Shown here piece by piece: positions 12,850 through 24,789 of a DNA stretch of 64,000 bases. The notes under the pieces are model-generated. The model was not told the origin of the DNA and did no database searches. It saw only the letters and a program-made list of their open reading frames with translations. Source of the DNA: Octopus vulgaris (taxonomy: Eukaryota); contig OX597815.1 in assembly GCA_951406725.2 (NCBI GenBank), positions 24,862,001 to 24,926,000 of the forward strand. The letters run 5' to 3'. Position 1 is the stretch's first letter. Every line of letters begins with the position of its first letter. Both the position numbers and the translations under genes were made by a program.

Positions 12850-13700
12850 TTTGAGTGATTCAATGAAACCAAAGCACTTTGTAAACATGGCATTGGAAAA
12901 AAATGTCCAGCAAATTTGGAATGAAAAAGGAATTATTGAGTCTGGTGTGATCCAACTTATGCATCAAATCTGTTATGCAGAAAAAGAACTGAGGAAATAA
13001 TAGAAGTGTTGAGAGAAGACTGCAAGATCTGAATGAATTTTGATAAACCTTTAGAAGAAAGTAGCAATGAAATCATTGTCAATGTACTTCAGAGCACAGA
13101 GGAGGCTATAGTAAGAAGGATTAGAGGAAATTAGGACAGTGACAAGGATATAAGGAAGTATGCTTGTTAAGATTAAGCACTCCAGGTAGAGTTACCCTCT
13201 GGTCTGGAGGATTATGAATTGGAAGTACTTGAGAACCTAACTAAATTCATAGTGTGTAGTAACCAACAAAATTTAATCAACCTACAATTAGTTGATAAAG
13301 AAAAGAACTGCTTAGTGAAAACATGAAGGTAAATGATATCTGTGGTATGCACAGGTGGATGATATCACTGAATTATGGGATTTGCTTAGGACAGTTGAGT
13401 TGTAGAAGAATGTAAAGTTGAAGGTTGAACTAGAAAGAATATAGAACACCTCTACGAAAGTTCACTTGTAGGGGCTGGAATACTGGGATCCGTTCCAAAG
13501 AAATTTCAACAATTCTTTTGATCAACTTAAAACCAAACGATATTGGCACTACACAAATAACTGCCTTATAAGGAACTGCTCATACCCTGAAATGTTTTCC
13601 CTGTTTGAAATATCACAGCTGATGGAAAAACCTTAAAGTAAAACCAACCAGACCTTATTTTAGAGAAATTAAAATTAAAAAAATTATAATAATAATAATT
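12850..13700 (+). pseudogene. Heavily decayed R4/Dong-like (RLE) non-LTR element
   Basis: Fragments LKVELERI..., GILGSVPK, TAL*GTAHTL resemble the C-terminus of R4/Dong ORFs; ends in (AAT)n. Confidence 0.55.
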
Positions 13701-13940
13701 AGCTTATTTTATACTGTGCACTAAAGTTTTAGTTCAGTTACAGTAGCTGCAAAATTCTCAGAATAAATGCTTTTTTTTTCTTTAATCTTTAACATCCTGT
13801 TAATGACTAATGAACAACTGATCTCTACATCTGTGTGCACATTAATTTATTTGTTAGAGATGTTACTGATGGAATATCTCCATCAAAATTTGTGTAAGAT
13901 GAAAGTATAACAGATCATTCTATTTGATTTGTTATACTTA

Positions 13941-15228
13941 AAGGGGTTGGACAAAATAATAAAAAACACCTAGCATCATAGCATCATAATTTTGAAATAT
14001 TTATAAAACTATCAAACGCTTGTTTATTTTTATACTTTTTGATTTATTATTAGTGTTGCTTAATATGTTTTGCTAAAGCTGCTGTTTCTTTTCAGATATC
14101 ATCAGAAAAAGGTAATTAAAATTCATTAAAATGACAGATCAATCGGACTTTCAAAGAGTTAAAATTTTTGGTGCTTGTATGGCATGCCTTAGCATAATAA
14201 AAACAGCTGAAATGTTTGGTGTATCAAGAAGTACTGTCTCGAAAGTAATGACAGCTTTTGAGAAAGAGGGAAAAAACCTCCTCGTCGAAACAGAACTCTG
14301 AAAGAAAACCAAAACTTTCAGATAGGGACTGTTGGACTCTTACGCGAATTGTTAGAAAGGATCACAAAAGTACAGCTCCCAAAATTACTGCAGAGCTTAA
14401 TGACCACCTCAAGAACCCAGTTTCCACAAAAACTTCACCGGGAACTGCACAAAGCTGGATTTCACGGGGGGGGGGGGGGAGGGACTGCAATCAGAAAACT
14501 ACTATTTCCAAAAACAAATGTTGCAAAGTGTTTAGAGTGGAGCAAAAACCTTCAGAATTGGTCCCTAGAGCAGTGGAAGAATGTTATTTTCTTGGACGAG
14601 TCATCCTTTGCCTTATTTCTAATCACCAGCTGATTATAAATGTGGAGACAACCAAAAAAAGCATATGATCCACACTGCCTTCTTCCAACTGTTAAATATG
14701 GAGGAGGATCTGTGATGATTGGCCGGTGGGATATATCTTGGAAATTCGCCGGCCCAATGGTTTCCCTTCATGACAGAATTAATATTCAAGACTTTTTAAG
14801 CATTTTATCTTATCAAATTCATCCTATGGTTGTGGAACTGTTTCCGGAGGGAAATGCAATCTTTCAGGATGATAATGCACCAATTCACACAGCTAAAATT
14901 GTTACTGAATGGCATGAGGAACGTTCTAGTGAAGGTGAACATCTTATCTGGCCACCACAGTCCCCAGATCTCAATATTATTGAAAATTTATGGTGCATTT
15001 TAGAAAAATAAGTAAGGAGTTGATATCCTCCACCATCATCACTACAAGAACCGGAGACAGTTTTAGCTAAAAAATGGACAAAACTTCTTTTGGAAGCAAT
15101 TCAATCTTTGTACAGGTCCATACCTTATAGAATTCATGCTGTAATTAGTGCCAAAGGCAGTCCTAACCCACATTAAAATTAATTTGTTTGAAATTTTAAG
15201 GTGTTTCCATTATTTTGTCCAACACCTG
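13941..15228 (+). mobile_element. Full-length Tc1/mariner DNA transposon (DD36E type), defective
   Basis: TA|aAGGGGTTGGACAAAATAAT..AAACACCT and AGGTGTTTCCATTATTTTGTCCAACACCTG|TA TIRs with TA TSD; internal transposase. Confidence 0.95.
14131..15177 (+). pseudogene. Tc1-family transposase pseudogene (frameshifts and stops)
   Basis: MTDQSDFQR..., VIFLDES, TVKYGGGSVM, FQDDNAPIH, WPPQSPDLNIIENLW spread over ORFs 14258, 14349 and 14640. Confidence 0.93.
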
Positions 15229-15934
15229 TATATCTTATAAAGGTTTTGATGGAGATATTTCACCAATACTTTTATATTACGAATATAACCATTGTGTCCC
15301 GGAAGTTTTATATTATTTTTATCTATAGAACTACTATTTTTGCAACATTTTCAGACACCTATTTATAATTTGGGTGACACCCTCCTCAGTGTAAATACCA
15401 ACGTCTCCATCCAGAATTCTTCTATACCTATTATTATTTATTATTTCTGGTTGTAAAAGCACATTCTCCAAAGTGAGAGCTAACATCCTGGTTGTTATCC
15501 CAAGATAGATTACCTTGGTTATCTATGTTGCTGTCAGATACTTCCTAGTAACATAGTCATGCATGACCTTCTGTTGATATGCATAAAGTACTTATCTAAT
15601 AACCTTTTGCAGTAGATTTGTGTACTTCTTCTGGGTATATATCCTTAAAATCAGTGAGAGATCACTTTTCAAGAAGCACTTTTTCTGCAAAATTTGATTT
15701 ATACATGCACCTTGATACATGGTGGTTAGTAGATGTTATCAGGGGAAATGATGCAACATTATAAGTCTGTTTGAATTGACATCAAGTCTTAGCTGCCTTG
15801 TTTGTATTTAAAAACTCTCTCCGGACTACCCATGATTCTATGATGGTTCTAGAATTATCTAATTTAAAACATTTCATCAATTTTTTTATGTTATATCCCA
15901 AACAACAGACCACCATGTATCGAGTTATATATAT

Positions 15935-16300
15935 AATATAATGGAATTATTGTATGCAGTGCTCAGGTGCACCACAACTTGTAAAAAGTGCGTATAAAGC
16001 ATATGCAGTAATGTACAAATGTCTGGGAAGTGAACAGTGTATGAGTCAGATACATGCTTGCATATGTATGGAGGGGAGAAAATCAGGTGTAGTGTTGGCG
16101 AATCTCAGGAAGCATGGAAGTTTTGAAGGATGCAGTGCTCCGACAACTAACAACTGATGCCAGCAGTTTGTTCCATGCTTTGTGTGAAAAAAATGTTTCC
16201 GAAAGTCATGGGAGCTGTACTGTTTTCTGACTTTGTAAACATGTCTATGGGTGTTAGACAGGTGGAGTTTGAAAAGGTGCTCAGAGTTAGTGCATGCGTA
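15935..16300 (-). pseudogene. CR1-clade LINE 3' end
   Basis: Homologous to 2255-2600; minus strand reads KVRKQYSSHDFRKHFF...WNKL. Confidence 0.8.
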
Positions 16301-16469
16301 AACACAACTTTGCAGATAGTATCATGAGAGGTGAAAAAGTGCTCCTTGGAAAGTAATCCCTCACTGATTTTAAGAATATAAACTCAGAAGAAGTGCACAA
16401 ATCTACTGCAAAAGGTTATTCAATAAGTACAGTATGCATATCAACAGGTCATGTGTGGCTATGTTACTA

Positions 16470-16660
16470 AGCTGGCAGAATCATTAAGGAACTGGGCAAA
16501 ATGCTTACTGGCATTTCGTCCGTTTTTACATTCTGAGTTCAAATGCCGCCAAAGTTGACTTTGCCTTTCATCCTTTTGGGGATCAATAAAATAAGTCCCA
16601 GTTGAGCACTGGTAATTGACTTACTCCCTCCCTGAAATTGCTGGCCTTCTGTCAAAAGTT
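16470..16660 (+). mobile_element. SINE family B variant
   Basis: GCTGGCAGAATCATTA...GAGTTCAAATG...TTGCCTTTCATCC. Confidence 0.8.
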
Positions 16661-16675
16661 GAAGTCTGCCTGCCT

Positions 16676-16985
<310 letters not shown>

Positions 16986-16996
16986 TCATCATCTAT

Positions 16997-17529
16997 CATC
17001 ATCATCATCTTTAACGTCTGTTTCATCATCCATGCTAGCATGGGTTGGACAGTTCAACTGGGGTCTGGGAAGCCAGAAGGCTGTGCCAGGCCCAGTCTGA
17101 TCTGGAAGTGTTTCTACAGCTGGATGCCCTTCCTAATGCCAACCACTCCGTGAGTGTAGTGGGTGCTTTTTACGTGCCACCTGCACAGGTGCCAGACGAT
17201 GCTGGCACATGGCCATGATCAGAAGGTGCTTTTTACATGCCACCGGCACGGGGGCCAGTGCCGCCTTGATTGGCTTCTGTGCCAGTGGAACATAAAAAGC
17301 ACCAACCAATCGTGGTGGTTGCCAGCCTCCCCTGGCACATGTGCCAGTGGCACGTAAATGGCACCCACTACACTCTTGAAGTCGTTGGCATTAAGAGGGG
17401 TATCCAGCTGTAGAAACACTGCCAGATCAGACTGGAGCTTGATGCAGCCTCCTGGCTTTCCAGACCCCGGTTAAACAGTCCAACCCATACCAGCATGGAA
17501 AACGGACGTTAAACGATGATGATGATGAT
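16997..17529. mobile_element. Two RTE 3' UTR-derived fragments in inverted (head-to-head) orientation
   Basis: Left (CAT)n..TTTAACGTC..CCATGCTAGCATGGGTTGG and right CCAACCCATACCAGCATGG..GACGTTAAAC(GAT)n. Confidence 0.85.
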
Positions 17530-17540
17530 ATAGACACAAG

Positions 17541-17703
17541 TGTAGCTGTGTGGTAAGAAGCTTGTTTACCAAACAAATAGTTCAGTCTCACAGCATGGTA
17601 CCTTGGGCAAGTGTCCTCTACTATAACTTGAGTTGAATGAATCTGGTAGATGGAAACTAAAAGAAGCCTATCATATACATATATACATCCATACATATAT
17701 ATA

Positions 17704-17796
<93 letters not shown>

Positions 17797-18636
17797 GTAT
17801 GTATATCAGCCCCTTCACACTTATTTCGTTCTTTCCACTCTTCTTTCTTTCATTCCCCCTCTCTCACATTTCCTGGCTTTCTCTTTATTCCCACCTTCCC
17901 TCCTCTTTCACTTCACTCTGTCCCTTTTCTTTTTATCTCATCCCTCTCTAATTCTTCTATCCCTCTGTCTTTACCTCTCTTCTCTCTCTCTCCACGTGAC
18001 CGGTGTTTGGCCAAGCCTGACCTTTCTTTCTTGGTTCATCTACCATCCGTTCAACATCTATATTCCTCCCCATGCCTGTCATCTCTTATGTCCCTGCCAT
18101 AAGGCTTTGCTTCCACACACACCAACTTAATTTAATTCGTCCTTAGTAGAAAGACACCTGTTGTTAATGTCCTGTTATTTGCATTTGTATTTGTGTACCA
18201 TTTCTCCGTTTTTTTCCGTCCTTGTTTTCGTATACATTCGCTGCTTTCTTCCAAGGAATGTAATGCTCTTAGCTTAGTTTTTCCTTGGGGCTGGGCAGAT
18301 TGGAATAATCTCGAGTATAATCAGCTGAAATTGCAAAGATAATCTGGAACTCGATTGAGGATAGAAAAATCCGAATGACCCGTCCTTGTTTTTTCTTGTC
18401 CCTTTTTTGTATCATCTAACTGTCTGGATGTTTTGCATTCTTGTATGCGTGTGTCTGTGTGTGTGTGTGTATGTGTGTGTGTGTGTGTGTGACTTTGCCC
18501 GCTTGTCCTCGCCACCATCACTTGACAAGTGATGTCTGTGTGTTTACATTTCCGTAACTTCAACTAGAACACCTTTTCACAGCGGTGCTCCAGCATGGCG
18601 CAGTTAAATGACTGCAACAGATAAAAGAATAAAAGA
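17541..18636 (+). mobile_element. Decayed SINE A split by a nested insertion in its internal microsatellite
   Basis: 5' half 17541-17675, 3' half 18490-18636. Confidence 0.7.
17805..18445 (+). mobile_element. ~650-bp unclassified non-coding interspersed repeat
   Basis: Reverse complement homologous to 37856-38545 (CACGTGACCGGTGTTTGGCCA..., CTTAATTTAATTCGTCCTTAGT..., GAAATTGCAAAGATAATCTGGAACTCGATTGAGG); both flanked by microsatellites. Confidence 0.8.
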
Positions 18637-19437
18637 TACTCTCTCACACACACACACACACACACACATGCACACTCACACACGCACGCATACAAATAAA
18701 TCTAAACAATATTTTTAATCCAAGGGAAAGCACTCTGTAATAAGGCAGTTTGAATATTTATAGTTATTTCCCTTCATCTACGTACTAGCTGAAACAAAAA
18801 GTATCACAAAGTATGTATTTCGACTCTTTTCCAATTCTTAACTTTTATTACTTTGCCACAAAATATGAACATTCTTATAAATTATTAGAATGGCTCATTT
18901 TTCAATTTCATCAGTTTCTTTATACTTATATCATGTTCTACTTTAGTAGAACATTGTATAAAATATTTCTGTTTCAGACTTTATGCTGGAAATATATTGA
19001 GACAAGGGAGATAATTAGTTGAATTATCTTTGTTTAGACCAAGGGAGATTACTTTGAACAGCAAATGCAGAGACTGAGTTATTTGGTTTACAGTTGATAT
19101 GAAGTTTATATAATGGATTAAACCGGGAATGCACTTGAGGCAAACAATTTTAAATGAATACAGTATTTGGCGTTTCTTTTACGCAATATTTGATACATTT
19201 AGAGCGATCCAAACAGTCTAAAACTTTACGTGCCAGGTTGCGTAACTTTTTAGCATTCAATTATTTTACCTTCTGGTTCAAAGAACAAATGTTACTGAAT
19301 TCGTTTGATAAGACATGATATTTTTTATTTGCTTCCCCTACAAGATTTTACCTCTGTTTTACTATCTAGACTATTGCAACATGGTGAAATGGACGAAGAG
19401 AACAAAGAGAATGTGTGGTGTTAGTGGTGTTACGGGC

Positions 19438-19698
19438 TGTGATGGAGCTATGTGGTGTTGGTGGAGGGGATTGCAGACGAAGTGGACGGAAGTAGGGACT
19501 GCATGGGGCCTGTGACACAGGCACAGGGCATGCGTGGGCAAGAAGCACGTGTGGTCAGTTCGAGCAGAGACGGCAGTGAGACAAGACGTGTTCAGTTCGT
19601 GAGAGTGACCGCTATTTCTGTCGAGGTCAACAGGTAAAGCCTTTTGCATCTCTTTCTCCCGTTTGCTTCTTTTTCTGTTGTGCTTTTCCTCCATCACA
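19438..19698. mobile_element. Candidate solo LTR or short TIR element
   Basis: Perfect 10-bp terminal inverted repeat TGTGATGGAG...CTCCATCACA (TG...CA), GC-richer than flanks; no TSD found. Confidence 0.35.
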
Positions 19699-20318
19699 CT
19701 ACAGAACGCAAGTAAAGAACAATATACAAATCGCTTCAATATAGGTAAATGTCTCAAATAAAAGTTGGTCAGATGGAAGACCTAAGAATCTGTCCGATTT
19801 AGCATCATACCTAGTCTTTGGTTTCTTTTAGAGAAGCCATTGTAAGCATTTGGATCACACGTCCGAGTCTTCTTAGTAGACATTGTTTAACTGGGTATCT
19901 GGATCATAAGTCTCGTTAGTCTTGGAAATTCCAGAGATCGTGAGCATTGTGTCCTTGCTACTGATATAACGTGGGATTGTAATTTCCAATATTGTTTACT
20001 AGAATCCTCCCACAACAACAGTAAGATCATCAATAAAAATCCCTTCTCTTCCATTTGACTAGGGTTCGGAATGACATCAGGGATTTAAGGACTTTCATCC
20101 CTAAACGCAAACCAGACAGGGATGTAAATAAATTCTCAAAAACTAGATCAGATGATACTACAAATGTATGCGCAATTTCTGAATATTCCATTTAATAGTG
20201 AAAGTAAAATAAAATGAAACTAGAAGAAAAATTGAAAGCAGAATAAACATAAACAATAGTTCAAAATTTCTTACCCAAATAAATAGATAAATAAATAAAA
20301 TAAATAAATAAATAAATA

Positions 20319-20728
20319 GGCGCAGGAGTGGCTGTGTTGTAAGTAGCTTGCTAACCAACCACATGGTTCCGGGTTCAGTCCCACTGCGTGGCATCTTGGG
20401 CAAGTGTCTTCTGCTATAGCCCCGGGCCGACCAATGCCTTGTGAGTGAATTTGGTAGACGGAAACTGAAAGAAGCCTGTCGTATATATGTACGTATATAT
20501 ATATGTGTGTGTTTGTTTGTGTCTCTGTGTTTGTCCCTCTAGCATTGCTTGACAACCGATGCTGGTGTGTTTACGTCCCCGTCACTTAGCGGTTCGGCAA
20601 AAGAGACCGATAGAATAAGTACTGGGCTTACAAAGAATAAGTCCTGGGGTCGATTTGCTCGACTAAAGGCGGTGCTCCAGCATGGCCGCAGTCAAATGAC
20701 TGAAACAAGTAAAAGAGTAAAAGAGAGA
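20319..20728 (+). mobile_element. SINE family A, near-consensus young copy
   Basis: GGCGCAGGAGTGGCTG... to AAAAGAGTAAAAGAG tail; CpGs retained. Confidence 0.95.
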
Positions 20729-21114
20729 GTAACTGGATCCAAAATAGAAAAGAAATCGTTTTCTTACAATTGCATCTTGTACAGAAATGAAGTTCATTGT
20801 TTGCATCAGATTGATTGGGCTACTGTAAATGAACTGGTATAAACTGAGACTCTCAGGTCTTATCAGTCAGTGTGTTATGACTCATCCTTAGCTGTTACTG
20901 TTCACAGTGACCACTTCAAGCTGGTCGCTTAAGTCAGAAAAACAACCTTATGTCAAGTACTTTGCCACAATACTGATTCAGTCAACAGAAATTCCCAACA
21001 ATCCTTAGGGTCTCCTCACTTTCTGTTAGACGGCATCGTCCGTGCATCACTCCCAGCAGTCATAATTCAATTGTTTATTTTAATTTTATAATTCAAATTC
21101 TTAAGAAAATTAGC

Positions 21115-21278
21115 TGCAGACACGGTGTGTGGTTAAGAAGTTCACTTTGCAACCACGTGATTTCAGATTCAATCCCACTTCGTGGCCCCTTGGGTAAGTG
21201 TCTTCTACCATAGCCCTTGACCGACTAATGCCTTGTGAGTGAATTTGTGAATTTGTAGACAGGACTGTGAGAATCCTG

Positions 21279-21280
<2 letters not shown>
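21115..21280 (+). mobile_element. SINE family A 5' half, decayed
   Basis: GTGTGGTTAAGAAG...CCTTGGGTAAGTGTCTTCTA. Confidence 0.75.
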
Positions 21281-21328
<48 letters not shown>

Positions 21329-21398
21329 CCTCTTCATCCTTTCTATCGAAGAGCGTAAGCTCGAAACGTAAAAGACTTCCCATTCTTCCTGAGCGTTA

Positions 21399-21463
<65 letters not shown>

Positions 21464-21513
21464 TATATATATGCATATATATATGCATATATACATACAT
21501 ATATGTACATACC

Positions 21514-21617
<104 letters not shown>

Positions 21618-21629
21618 CATGCATATATA

Positions 21630-22168
21630 GGTACAGGACATCAAGAAAACGTTGAACACAATGAGAAACGTAAACATAAAATCTAAAACATAGGAACGAA
21701 CTTTTTTTTGAACAACGACAAAAAAAAAACAAAAAGAGAAATGAGACATACAACATAAAGAATATTCCCCTTCAGTTGTCCCTGTTTCATCTACTCCACG
21801 AACCGAAAGCAAGGACAAAACGCGACTTCGTTGAAACAGTCCTTCCCGCAAAGCAAATTAAATAAAATTTGAAATTATTTGCGGAGGGTGAAAGTGGTAA
21901 CAAGAACAGGACAAGTAAGTTTTATCTTAATAATTACGATACGCACTCTTCTACATTTACTATCTCTTCTGTGTCTATCTATCTTCCCATCTTGTTTTCT
22001 CTCCCACTCTTCCCTATTCTTCTCTCCTCTTCCCCGTTCCCTCTCTCTCACTCCTCCTCCTCGACTCTCTCGTCGCTGACACGTGACGAAATATCCCAAA
22101 TTTTATTTAATTTGCTTTGCGGGAAGGACTGTTTCAAAGAAGTCGCGTCTTATCCTTGCCTTCGATAC

Positions 22169-22171
<3 letters not shown>
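21630..22171. mobile_element. Unclassified repeat with a 75-bp internal inverted repeat
   Basis: 21797-21871 is the reverse complement of 22097-22171; flanked by (TA)/(TG) arrays. Confidence 0.6.
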
Positions 22172-22255
<84 letters not shown>

Positions 22256-22411
22256 GTGTGTGTAAAAGTAAAAAATATACAAACTGGGACAAGAACGTGA
22301 AACATTTAGAAGACGACACAAAAACCGGATCAGTCAAGAACCGGATCATCTTCGCAATACACGTTCTGAGTTCAAATGTCGCCGAGGCCGACTTTACATT
22401 TCAACCTTTTA

Positions 22412-22829
22412 GGCGCAGGAGTGACTGTGTGGTAAGAAGCTTTCTTCCCAACCACATGGTTCCGATTCAGTCCTACTGTGTGGCACCTTGGGCAAGTGTC
22501 TTCTGCTATAGCCTTGGGCCGATCAAAACCTCACGAGTAGATTTGGTAGACGGAAACTGAAAGAAGCCCGTCGTATATATATATATATATATATATATGC
22601 ACATATATATTTATATATATTTATGTGTGTGTGTGTTTGTGTCAGTGTTTGTTCCCATATCACCGCTTGGCAATCGGTGTTGTTGTGTTTACGTCCCCGT
22701 ATCTTAGCGGTTCGACAACAGGGACGATAGAATAAGTACCAGGCTTTAAACAGTAAGTACCGGGGTTGATTCATTCGACTAAATATTCAAGGCGTTGTCC
22801 CAACATTTCCGCAGTGTAATGACTGAAAC
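22412..22829 (+). mobile_element. SINE family A
   Basis: Head GGCGCAGGAGTGACTG to tail GACTGAAAC. Confidence 0.9.
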
Positions 22830-23421
22830 CCTGCACCGTTGGTCACTTTTCGTGACGGTGAATTATTTCGTTTTAGGTTTTAAATTGCGTCTAGCCACCT
22901 TAATTACACACACGCGCACACAGTGGACGTCAACTAGTGACCGATTAAGATCACTTTCTAAACTCAGTAAACTCCGAGTGTCCAAGAGGTTCCAGTGTGT
23001 GAATTTGCTTTGAGTGGATAAAGTTTTGCACAGCACCGAACCCACTTTTTAGCGCAATCAGTTATAAAACCTGTGGCACAACAGAGACTGGGACCACCAG
23101 AAACCAACTGCACTTCAGGTATTTTCTATGTGAGTTTATCTTTTTGTAGAAGGAGCTTCCAACGAGATCTAGGGGTCCTTCATTCCCAGTGGTTCACATT
23201 CTAATTAAGCCATAGCTGAAAACTTAACAAGTATATAACGCCAGGTCAGTGTAGACCTGGGAACAATAGTGGCTAAAGGGTGGTTGCTCACTCCTCAAAA
23301 ACCTGAAACTTCCATATAACCTTACCATCGGCTTCAGTTTGAAGTCATACCTAGGGCACACACACACAAAGCCTTATTACCAGCTGCAGCTTAAAGTCAT
23401 ACCCAGGACCCCCCATACACA

Positions 23422-23979
23422 CAGGGTGTGTCAAATATGTGTAAACAAAATTTTAAACAAATGTAAGTGGCCCAAACTTAAATTAAATATCCTTTTACTT
23501 TTTTACACCTCTAACACGGAAGCTTCGAATCTAACGCAGACGATGAAATGTCAGGCCGTTCTCGACGCCTTACCCGCCAACCAAAGTGATTCTGAAATTG
23601 CAACGTTCTTAAATGGCTCCGAGTGTTTCGTCTTTAGACCCAGAAAAGAGCTCCTGGTTTCTGGCGGGAATGTGGATTCCTCGGCGAAAAGGAAAATAAA
23701 GAACATTTTCGACGGTCAGACATTGTCAGAAAAGTCGAGTTTGTCCAGCAAGTTCAGAGCATAATAAACGTGAATCACGGCAAGTTAATGAGGGACATTG
23801 CCAATCATCTCCATTTGTTGAAGTCAATGATTAGACATGTGGTGCACGAGAACATCGGATATAAACGCTACGTTATTAGAAAAGGGCCGCTCATATTCGA
23901 TAAGACAGGCGAGAACCGCGTGATCCGGTTGAAGTGCTTGCTGAACAAACTCAAGCATCCTGAGAGCCCGACTAAATAA
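23422..23979 (+). pseudogene. maT/DD37D-like mariner transposase, 5' fragment
   Basis: CAGGGTG start; SEIATFLN...RKELLVSGGNV...KRK; MRDIA...IRHVVHENIGYKRYVIRKG...LLNKLKHP; catalytic triad absent, so family is assigned from N-terminal similarity. Confidence 0.75.
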
Positions 23980-24287
23980 TTAAGCGTTAATAACATTTAG
24001 TGCACAGCTACCAGACATGATCACCACGAACTGGTCTAGTCATTGTATTTGCCTTACATTCGAAACGTTTCAGAAGTATCAAGACATAACTAACTGCGTA
24101 CTCCACTAATCTGCACCATATATTGCACCCTCAACCCTGTATATTCAGATGGAATCTGTGTGTGTGTGTGTGTGCGTGCAAGCATGTGTGTGTCTACGCG
24201 CGCGTGAAAGAGGAGTCAATATCAAAACGGAGTTTCTTACTTTTCTGCTTGAAGACTAAACTTTAATATATATCTTTTTCTAGAATT

Positions 24288-24636
24288 ACGGAGATGTATT
24301 TGCATAGCAAGTGACCTGATCTGAGATCGTGTGCTGGAACGAAAACAATTGCAGCATGGAAGGTGTTTATAAGCCATTTAAGAAACACACAAAATCCGTT
24401 AGATTCACTTCAACATTTAAATTTAATTTGTCAAAATATTTTTGTTGCTTTGAAACCGCGACCTGTTCACTGACAAAATTCCGTGCTGCATCTCGGAATT
24501 TTGTCAGTGAACAGGTCGCGGTTTCAAAGCAGCTGAAATATTTTGACAAATTAAATTTAAATGTTGAAGTGAATCTAACGGCTTTTGTATGTTTCTTGAA
24601 TGGCTTACAAACACCTTCCACGCTGCAATTGTTTTC
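24288..24636. mobile_element. Hammerhead-bearing ~200-bp repeat plus inverted partial copy (143-bp arms)
   Basis: 24341-24483 pairs with 24494-24636 around a 10-nt spacer; same family as 29488-29690 and 32447-32644. Confidence 0.9.
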
Positions 24637-24789
24637 TCTAGAGTGTTATAACTATTACTTTATGTTTAGTTCACTGACTATTAAAAGCGACGATTACTAC
24701 CGTATCAATCGTTGCTGTCATTTGCTTCTCCATCACCACTACTTGCAGATTTTTGTTCATTGCTATTATCATTGAGAAGTCGCTTTTCG

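Noticed and set aside
20319-20395. tRNA genes
   Set aside because: The A/B-box heads belong to SINEs; they continue into SINE bodies and no complete cloverleaf is evident.
20271-20842. Recurrent ORFs such as EDTCPRCHAVG, MTTDAGVFTSP and NRPRKDERQS at many loci
   Set aside because: Chance translations of SINE A/B copies, not a gene family.
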